Of a stretch of DNA of 17,936 nucleotides, positions 1 to 5,991 are shown piece after piece. Every line of letters begins with the position of its first letter. The stretch's first letter is position 1. Below the pieces are notes generated by a model. The model had not been told where the DNA came from. It ran no database searches and saw nothing but the letters and a program-made list of their open reading frames with translations. A program made the position numbers and the translations under genes. The DNA comes from Candidatus Sumerlaeia bacterium (GTDB taxonomy: Bacteria > Sumerlaeota > Sumerlaeia > SLMS01). The stretch spans positions 1 through 17,936 of the forward strand of contig JBBQYG010000073.1 of assembly GCA_038208905.1 (NCBI GenBank). The letters are read 5' to 3'.

Positions 1-60
1 GTCCACGCGCGCGTGGTGCTCGCCGAGCGTCGAAGGTCGCGGAAACGTGGGGGAGAAACG

Positions 61-94
61 CAACGGCCCCGGAGATCGCTCTCCGAGGCCGCTG
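61..94 (-). other. Second stem-loop downstream of tRNA-Asn (possible backup terminator or stabilising hairpin)
   Basis: The minus strand reads CAGCGGCCTCGGAGA-GCGA-TCTCCGGGGCCGTTG. This is a 15-bp stem with two G-U pairs (so it pairs fully only on the minus strand) and a GNRA loop. Only a weak U run (CGTTTC) follows. Confidence 0.55.
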
Positions 95-96
95 TT

Positions 97-129
97 AAAA
101 AGTGCGGGGTCGCGTTTCCGCGACCCCGC
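97..129 (-). terminator. Rho-independent terminator after tRNA-Asn
   Basis: The minus strand reads GCGGGGTCGCG-GAAA-CGCGACCCCGC (perfect 11-bp stem, 104-114 with 119-129), followed by ACTTTTTAA. It starts 5 nt after the tRNA CCA. Confidence 0.85.
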
Positions 130-134
130 GTGAA

Positions 135-210
135 TGGCTCCCCGAGCTGGGTTCGAACCAGCGACCCACGGATTAACAGTCCGTTGCTCTGCCAGCTGAG
201 CTACACGGGA
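135..210 (-). tRNA. tRNA-Asn (anticodon GTT)
   Basis: The reverse complement is 76 nt: TCCCGTG TA GCTC AGCTGGCA GAGC A ACGGA CTGTTAA TCCGT GGGTC GCTGG TTCGAAC CCAGC TCGGGGA G CCA. D, anticodon and T arms are canonical, with G73, a U1-A72 pair and an encoded CCA. The acceptor stem is imperfect (see findings). Confidence 0.97.
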
Positions 211-309
211 GCAGCCCTATTCGGGCGGGGGTGATAGGGGCGGTTTAGCGGGGTGGGGGTCAAAGGTTTTCTGGTGTGGTGGGGCGAGTATTTTGAGGGG
301 GGCGGGGGG

Positions 310-1221
310 TTAGGTGGTGACGGGTGTGTTTTGAAGCTTGCGGCGGGTGACTTCGGCTTGGGTGAGGTCCATGAGGCGGCGGGTGGTGGCGCCGACGCGG
401 CCGGTGCCGATGGGGGCGGTGTCGAGTTTGGTGACGGGTAGGACGTTGATGGTGGTGGAGGTGAGGAAGCCCTCGTCGGCCTTGCGGAGGAAGTCGATGG
501 TGTAGCGTTCCTCGCGGACTTGGATGTCGGCGTCGCGGGCGAGTTGGAGGACCATGTGGCGCTTGCAGCCCGCGAGGATTCGTCCGTCGTCGGGGTGCGT
601 GTAGACAATGCCGTCCTTGACCATGTGGAAGTTGGCGACGGAGGCCTCGGTGACGGTGCCGTCCTCGCGGACGAGGATGGATTCGAAGGCGCCGCGTTCG
701 GCGGCGTATTGCTTGGCGAGGACGTTGGCGAGGAGGTTGGTGGCTTTGATCCAGCAGCGGGCCCAGCGCTCGTCGGGGTGGGTAACGGCGGAGACGCCGT
801 CGGCAAACATGGTGTCGGGATAGGGTGGGAGTTCGCGGACGAACCAGAATTCGAGGGGTTCGGTTTTTTTGGGGAAGGCGTGGTTGCGGCGGGCGGCGCC
901 GCGGGTGAGCTGTCCGTAGAGGGTGACGCGCGGGTGGCCCATGCGGCGGATGAGCTCGTGGAGGACTTCCTCACGCTCCTCGCGGGTATACTTGGGCTCG
1001 AGGTGGATGCCCTTGGCGCTGCGTTCCCAGCGGTCGAGGTGTTCGTCCATGAGGATTGGGGCGCCGTCATAGGCGGCGATGACTTCATAGATGCCTTCGC
1101 CAAAAAGGAGGCCTCGCTCCTCCATGGAAACCCGCCCCTCCTTAAGGGGCATGTACTCGCCGTTGATCCAGAGAATGTCCACGCTCGAAATCTCCGCGTC
1201 CTGAAATGGCCTTCTTCCCAT
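310..1221 (-). CDS. dat: D-amino-acid aminotransferase (PLP fold type IV)
   Basis: Motifs: RGLLFGEGIYEV, HLDRW, LTRGAARRNHAFP, DERWARCWIKATNLL (PLP lysine), VTEAS..N, ILAGCKR, ADEGFLTSTT. The R-x-H and STT motifs favour D-amino-acid over branched-chain aminotransferase. Start is ATG 1221 or TTG 1248. Confidence 0.85.
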   Translation of the reverse strand: MGRRPFQDAEISSVDILWINGEYMPLKEGRVSMEERGLLFGEGIYEVIAAYDGAPILMDEHLDRWERSAKGIHLEPKYTREEREEVLHELIRRMGHPRVTLYGQLTRGAARRNHAFPKKTEPLEFWFVRELPPYPDTMFADGVSAVTHPDERWARCWIKATNLLANVLAKQYAAERGAFESILVREDGTVTEASVANFHMVKDGIVYTHPDDGRILAGCKRHMVLQLARDADIQVREERYTIDFLRKADEGFLTSTTINVLPVTKLDTAPIGTGRVGATTRRLMDLTQAEVTRRKLQNTPVTT

Positions 1222-1251
1222 CGAATCGATGGCGTGGGTCCCGGGCAATGG

Positions 1252-2493
1252 CTACTTGGCCCGGGCAGTCAGGGAGTTGGCGTTTGGACCGCGCGGGAAT
1301 CGCGGGTCGGTGGTTTCGTAGTAGGAAACGATGCCGCTATAGAGGAGCCGGGCCATGCGCTGTTGAAAGGCGTCGTCGACTAGGAGCTTGGCTTCCTCGG
1401 TGTGGGTGAGGAATCCCATTTCGACGAGGATCGAGGGCATGTCGTAGTTCTCGAGGACTTTGAAGCGGGCGCTGTGGACGCCTCGGTCGTACTTGCGGAA
1501 GTAGGGGTCCGCGGTGACGGCCTCGCTGACGGCTTTGGCGAGGCGGCGGCTGACGAGGGACTGGGAGGCGAGGGCGTCGGTCATCATGGTGGTGAGGATG
1601 CGGTTGTTGTTGCGGGTGACGCCGGGGTCATCGTTCTCCATGCGAGAGATGGCGCGGGCGGCGGCGCTGGTGTTGCTGTCGCGGTTCCAGGTCCAGATCT
1701 CGAACCCGCGGGCGGTTTGTGACTTTCCCTCCACGGCATTGCAGTGGAGGGAGACGAAGAGCGCGCCCTTGAGCTGGGCGGCGATCTCCGTGCGTTCCTG
1801 AAGTCCCAGATAGGCGTCGGTGCGGCGCGTGAGGCCGACATCGAAGCGAGGGTCGGCCTGAAGGAGGCGTTCGAGGCGGAAGGCGACCTGCATGGTGACT
1901 TCCTTCTCATACACGGTTCGGCGGCCGACCTGGCCAATGGCGCCCTTGTGGGATCCGCCGTGGCCAGGATCGATGACGATCTTCTTGCGCCATGCGCCAT
2001 TCGGGGCGGGGCGCGATTGAGGCTGGGCTTCGGGGGGCGCGACGTAGCGCGGGGCTGGCTCGGGCTTGCTGGCGACGATCTCGGCGCCGCGGCGGCCCGA
2101 GCCCCGGGTCAGGTCCACCACCAGGCGGGTGGGGCTAGCGAGGACTTGATCGGCGATGCTTACGGGCCCGGTCGTCGTGAGGCGGATCCGCAGGCGGCGC
2201 TCGTCGGTGGTGAGGCGGATCGAGGTCTCGTTGACGAGCGCGGGATTGCCGAATTGGCGCGGCGTTGTGGGCGAGGAGGTGACGTTGTGAAGCTCGACGG
2301 TAACCTGCCCCCCCGAGGCAGATTGGTTGGAGACCATGTAGGATGGCTCGGAATCGAGTTCCACCACCAGGCGGGTGGCGCCTTCGAATTCCGATAGTCG
2401 TATTTCCTTCACCACGGCCGCATTCGCCAGATGGGCGAAGCTCAGCAGCAGCAGCAGCAGGAGGAGAATCCGAACGCGGGCGGGATGGAGCAT
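1252..2493 (-). CDS. N-acetylmuramoyl-L-alanine amidase (signal peptide, AMIN domain, Amidase_3; AmiC-like)
   Basis: ATG 2493 gives a signal peptide (MLHPARVRILLLLLLLLSFAHLANA). The AMIN-like region runs TRLVVEL...PTRLVVDL. Zn and catalytic residues are in IDPGHGG, EKEV, SLHCNA and LVEMGF. The longer start in the ORF track (2673) is unlikely. Confidence 0.93.
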   Translation of the reverse strand: MLHPARVRILLLLLLLLSFAHLANAAVVKEIRLSEFEGATRLVVELDSEPSYMVSNQSASGGQVTVELHNVTSSPTTPRQFGNPALVNETSIRLTTDERRLRIRLTTTGPVSIADQVLASPTRLVVDLTRGSGRRGAEIVASKPEPAPRYVAPPEAQPQSRPAPNGAWRKKIVIDPGHGGSHKGAIGQVGRRTVYEKEVTMQVAFRLERLLQADPRFDVGLTRRTDAYLGLQERTEIAAQLKGALFVSLHCNAVEGKSQTARGFEIWTWNRDSNTSAAARAISRMENDDPGVTRNNNRILTTMMTDALASQSLVSRRLAKAVSEAVTADPYFRKYDRGVHSARFKVLENYDMPSILVEMGFLTHTEEAKLLVDDAFQQRMARLLYSGIVSYYETTDPRFPRGPNANSLTARAK

Positions 2494-2553
2494 CGGAACG
2501 CGGCTTCCGGGGGACGGGGGGAATGAGGCTGGCGACACGGGTCGGGCCGGGGG

Positions 2554-2562
2554 TGGTACACT
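2554..2562 (+). promoter_or_regulatory. Candidate extended -10 promoter element for the dcd run
   Basis: TGGTACACT matches TGnTAnnnT and lies in the only AT-richer patch of the divergent intergenic region. There is no convincing -35 at 17 bp spacing. Confidence 0.3.
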
Positions 2563-2606
2563 GTCAACATAAAGGGCCGTGGCCCGCGACTGGGGCGATG
2601 ATCGGC

Positions 2607-2693
2607 GGGGTCCGCCTTTCCCTTGCCCGCCCAATGGGCGACCGCAACGGTTCGGAGGTTCTGGTGTGAGCACCTAATTCCCGAGTGGGCCCC
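2607..2693 (+). promoter_or_regulatory. Candidate structured 5' leader RNA of dcd
   Basis: A closing stem (2607-2615 with 2685-2693) encloses three abutting hairpins, and the G-U pairs indicate the plus strand. It ends 2 nt before the GTG start. I do not recognise a family for it. Confidence 0.35.
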
Positions 2694-2694
2694 C

Positions 2695-3243
2695 GTGATC
2701 CTGTCTGGCATCGAGATCAAGTACCACCTGGGGCGAAAGATCAAGATCGACCCGTTCCACGAGGATCGGGTTAACCCCAATAGCTATAACCTGTCGCTGC
2801 ACGAAGAGCTGGCGACCTACGACGACGACGTGCTCGACATGCGCAAGAAGCCGACGCTGCGCACGTTCAAGATTCCGCCGGAGGGTTTCGTGCTCCAGCC
2901 TGGAAAGCTCTATCTTGGGCGGACGCTCGAATACACCGAAACACACGATTTTGTGCCAATGCTCGAGGGGCGAAGCTCTATCGGGCGCCTTGGAATGTTT
3001 GTCCACGTGACGGCGGGGTTCGGCGACGTGGGATTCTGCGGATTCTGGACGCTGGAGATCGCCGCGATCCAGCCGATCCGCATCTATGCAGGGGTCGAGG
3101 TCTGCCAGATTTTCTATCACCAGATCGTGGGGGAGTACACGCCCTATCGATCCGGCAAGTATCAGAACAATTCGGGAATCCAGCCGTCGATGCTCTATCG
3201 GGACTTCGAGCGTCGCGAGGACCCCTCCGCCACGAGGTCATGA
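2695..3243 (+). CDS. dcd: dCTP deaminase (possibly bifunctional, dUMP-forming)
   Basis: GTG 2695 gives a typical start (MILSGIEI). Motifs: VNPNSYNL, LGRTLE, LEGRSSIGRLG, HVTAGFGDVGFCGFWTLEI (catalytic Glu), QIFY, GKYQNNSGIQPS. Confidence 0.95.
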   Translation: MILSGIEIKYHLGRKIKIDPFHEDRVNPNSYNLSLHEELATYDDDVLDMRKKPTLRTFKIPPEGFVLQPGKLYLGRTLEYTETHDFVPMLEGRSSIGRLGMFVHVTAGFGDVGFCGFWTLEIAAIQPIRIYAGVEVCQIFYHQIVGEYTPYRSGKYQNNSGIQPSMLYRDFERREDPSATRS

Positions 3244-5027
3244 TGACGCTGCCGCATTTCAACGATCCCGCCATCACTCGCCGCATCGAGGAGTGGACGT
3301 CGAGTGCCTACGACGAGAAGACTCGCGCCGAGGTAAGCGCGCTGGCCGATGCGGGCGATGCGAAGGAGTTGGAGGATCGATTCTACCGGACGCTGGAGTT
3401 CGGCACGGGGGGGCTGCGCGGAAAGTTGGGCGCGGGCACCAACCGCATGAACGCCTACATCGTGGCGCGCGCGACGCAGGGCTTGGCGAGCTACGTGAAG
3501 GCCAACGCGACGCGGCCGGGGCCATTGCGGGCGGTGGTCGGGCACGATTCGCGGCATCGCTCCCGCGAATTCGCCGAAACAGTGGCTGGCGTGCTGGCGG
3601 CCAACGGATTCTATGTCCACATCTCCCCCACCATCCGACCCACGCCGTATGTGAGCTACGCGATCCGCGAGCTTCAGTGCCACACCGGCATCATGGTCAC
3701 GGCGAGCCACAATCCCAGGGAATACAACGGGTACAAGGTCTATTGGGACGACGGCAGTCAGGTGATCGCTCCCCACGACGAGGGGATCATCCGCGAGGTG
3801 GACAAGGTCACCGACGACTCGATGGTGATGCGCGCGAAATTCGACGAGGCGGTGGCCCAGGGGCTTGTGAAGGTGATGGGCGCGGAGATGGACGAGGCCT
3901 ATCTGGCAGCCGTCCTCAAGCAGCGCATCGACGAGCCCACGATCCGCGCCTACGCCCCGCGCATTGTCTATACACCGCTCCACGGCGTGGGTGGAACAAT
4001 GGCGCCGGAGGCCCTGCGGCAGTGGGGCTTCCGCGACGTGATCTGCGAGCCGGAGCAGATGAAGCCGGATGGCGACTTCCCGACGGCGGCCTCGCCGAAT
4101 CCGGAGGAGGGCGCGGCGCTGGATCGCGCCGTGAAGCTGGCGGAGAAGGAAGGCGCGGAACTTGTCCTCGCCACCGATCCCGATGCCGACCGCCTTGGCG
4201 TGGCGGTGCTTCACCAGGGGAAGTTCCGCCTGATGACCGGCAACCAGATGTGCGCGCTGGTGGGCGACTTCTTGATTTCCAATCACAAGGCCCGCGTTGC
4301 CCCGCGCCAGGCCGGCATGGTGACGACGATCGTGACCTCGCCGCTGGTGAAGAAAATGGCCGAAGGCCACGGCGCGGCGTGCCCGCTTGTGCTAACGGGC
4401 TTCAAGTGGATCGCCGACACGATGCGAAAGTGGGAGGCCGCGGGCGGCAATCCCGCCTTCCTCTATGGGACAGAGGAAAGCTACGGCTACCTGATCGGCG
4501 AGCACTGTCGCGACAAGGACGGCATCGTGGCCTCCTGCGTGGTGGCCGAGATGGCGGCCCACGCGCGCAAGGAGGGCCTGACACTGGTGGACAAGCTGGA
4601 TCAGCTCTATGTCCGCCACGGGGTTCACTACGAATTCCAGAAGAGCATCACCATGCCCGGCGCCGATGGCGCGCGCCAGATCGCCGCGATTCTCGACGGT
4701 ATCCGCAAGTCGCCGCCGTCGACCATCGACGGTCGCCCGGTCGCCCGGTTTACGCGCGTGGACACGGGCGAGGTCTTCGCGTATGGCAAGCCCGCCGAGG
4801 CGCTTGACCTTCCGCGGAGCGATGTTTTCCTTTTCGATCTGGAGGACGGCACCCGCGGGATCGTTCGCCCGTCGGGCACCGAGCCCAAGATCAAGTTCTA
4901 CTTTTTCCTCTGCGACGCAAAGAAGCCAGCCACAATCGCGGAGGCGCGCGCCACATACGACCGCCTGGCGCAGACGGCGCCGGCCTTCCTGAAGGAATTC
5001 CTGCAGGCCATTGGCCACCAAGGCTAG
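3240..5027 (+). CDS. pgm: Phosphoglucomutase/phosphomannomutase (alpha-D-phosphohexomutase)
   Basis: Motifs: LEFGTGGLRG, TASHNP (phosphoserine), DPDADR (metal loop), GTEESYGY (sugar loop), RDKDG, RPSGTEPKIKFY. It overlaps the dcd stop in an ATGA arrangement. Confidence 0.96.
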   Translation: MMTLPHFNDPAITRRIEEWTSSAYDEKTRAEVSALADAGDAKELEDRFYRTLEFGTGGLRGKLGAGTNRMNAYIVARATQGLASYVKANATRPGPLRAVVGHDSRHRSREFAETVAGVLAANGFYVHISPTIRPTPYVSYAIRELQCHTGIMVTASHNPREYNGYKVYWDDGSQVIAPHDEGIIREVDKVTDDSMVMRAKFDEAVAQGLVKVMGAEMDEAYLAAVLKQRIDEPTIRAYAPRIVYTPLHGVGGTMAPEALRQWGFRDVICEPEQMKPDGDFPTAASPNPEEGAALDRAVKLAEKEGAELVLATDPDADRLGVAVLHQGKFRLMTGNQMCALVGDFLISNHKARVAPRQAGMVTTIVTSPLVKKMAEGHGAACPLVLTGFKWIADTMRKWEAAGGNPAFLYGTEESYGYLIGEHCRDKDGIVASCVVAEMAAHARKEGLTLVDKLDQLYVRHGVHYEFQKSITMPGADGARQIAAILDGIRKSPPSTIDGRPVARFTRVDTGEVFAYGKPAEALDLPRSDVFLFDLEDGTRGIVRPSGTEPKIKFYFFLCDAKKPATIAEARATYDRLAQTAPAFLKEFLQAIGHQG

Positions 5028-5031
5028 GACG

Positions 5032-5991
5032 ATGCCCAGACCGCTCCCCAACTCGGCGTTCCTCATCGATCTGGCCCGGCGCCTTCAGCAGACGCAGACA
5101 CGCGGCGAGACATCGCCAAGCCTGATGTGGGGACACCCGCAGGCAAGCTTCGCAATCACGGCGTACCATGGCGCCAAGGAAATCGAAGTGGTCGACCTCA
5201 AGGCAGGCAAAACGAAGCATGCGCTGCCGCTTCCTCCGAAGTGCCGTTTCGGGTCGGACTTCCGCGCGTTCACATTCAATCAGGCTCGCACCCTCATGGG
5301 GGCCTACAATCCCGGCAGCAGGACGTTTGCCGTGTGGTCGCTCGACAAGGGCGAGTTGAAGAACACGATCATCGGCGAGGGAAAAATCCCGCCCACCATC
5401 GCCTTCCTGCCAGACAATACGGTGGCCGTGTGCGACGGGCCCAAGGTCGCCCGCCACGATATTGGCGGCGCCCAGGTCGGATTCGTTGCGCTGGCCGACA
5501 TGCTGCGTTCGCTGCTGATCTTCCCGATCTCGGGTCGGCCCGGCGTCCTTTCCGCCGTGGCGGTGTTCGAGGTCGAAAATGGCGACCGCTCCATTGCGTG
5601 CTTCCAGCTTCGCAGCGCCGGTGTCAGCGCATCCGGCGACGGCCCCACGCGCGCGAAGTTGCCCAACCCGCTGTTCGAGTCGGAACTGGCAATAAGGGAG
5701 ATCGCCCCGATTCCCGGCGCCCCCGACGGTGTCTTTATCGTGCTGGAGGAGGAGCGGATCTCGGCGATCGGCCTGGGAGACGAGCAGTTGCCCGACGACA
5801 CCTTCAAGACGCGGCTGGTGGCGCTCGATCCGGTGAAGTGCCAGTTCTTCCGGGGGGAGCAGGAACTCGACGGGCGATTCTGCCTGGAGAACTCGGGCGA
5901 GGAACTGCACTTGGTGGATGAATCGGGACGCCGCCGAAAGCTGGAAGGAATGCCCGTATCGATCAAGGCCATCGACTGGCGACTCGATTGA
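5032..5991 (+). CDS. Hypothetical protein, possible WD40/beta-propeller-like fold
   Basis: The ORF fills the gap between pgm (stop 5027) and the next gene (TGATG overlap) with genome-typical codon usage. Blade-like segments include IEVVDLKAGK and FTFNQARTLMGAYNPGSRTFAVWSLDKGELKNTI. ATG 5032 is preferred over TTG 5011. Confidence 0.7.
   Translation: MPRPLPNSAFLIDLARRLQQTQTRGETSPSLMWGHPQASFAITAYHGAKEIEVVDLKAGKTKHALPLPPKCRFGSDFRAFTFNQARTLMGAYNPGSRTFAVWSLDKGELKNTIIGEGKIPPTIAFLPDNTVAVCDGPKVARHDIGGAQVGFVALADMLRSLLIFPISGRPGVLSAVAVFEVENGDRSIACFQLRSAGVSASGDGPTRAKLPNPLFESELAIREIAPIPGAPDGVFIVLEEERISAIGLGDEQLPDDTFKTRLVALDPVKCQFFRGEQELDGRFCLENSGEELHLVDESGRRRKLEGMPVSIKAIDWRLD

Noticed and set aside
13..234. 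73-aa plus-strand ORF
   Set aside because: It is antisense to the tRNA and its terminator hairpins, and has no protein-like features.
231..263. TTGACC...TATCAC as a sigma70 promoter for the tRNA (minus strand)
   Set aside because: The spacer is 21 nt, too long for a canonical promoter.
2443..2460. (CAG)6 trinucleotide repeat as a phase-variation tract
   Set aside because: It is in frame and encodes the poly-Leu core of the amidase signal peptide, so slippage would not shift the frame.
2562..2567. Perfect TTGACA on the minus strand upstream of the amidase
   Set aside because: There is no -10-like hexamer at 16-18 nt spacing, so I did not call a promoter.
2581..2640. Resemblance to ZTP (GCGACTGG..CG / GCCCGCC..TGGGC) or fluoride (GGCGATG...CGCC) riboswitches
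   Set aside because: The ZTP P2 stem and GGGAG junction are missing, the spacing is wrong for the fluoride motif, and the downstream gene is atypical for both. It is kept only as an unclassified candidate leader.
2494..2694. N-terminal extensions of the amidase (to 2673) and dcd (from 2623) given in the ORF track
   Set aside because: They overlap each other, are low-complexity, and precede a clear signal peptide and a typical Dcd start respectively.
3086..4807. Long alternative-frame and antisense ORFs (e.g. 3086-4807, 3195-4370, 10816-11910, 14198-15253, 15250-16827)
   Set aside because: These are shadow ORFs expected in high-GC DNA. They overlap genes with clear family motifs and are Arg/Gly/Pro-rich or mirror the sense-strand codons.
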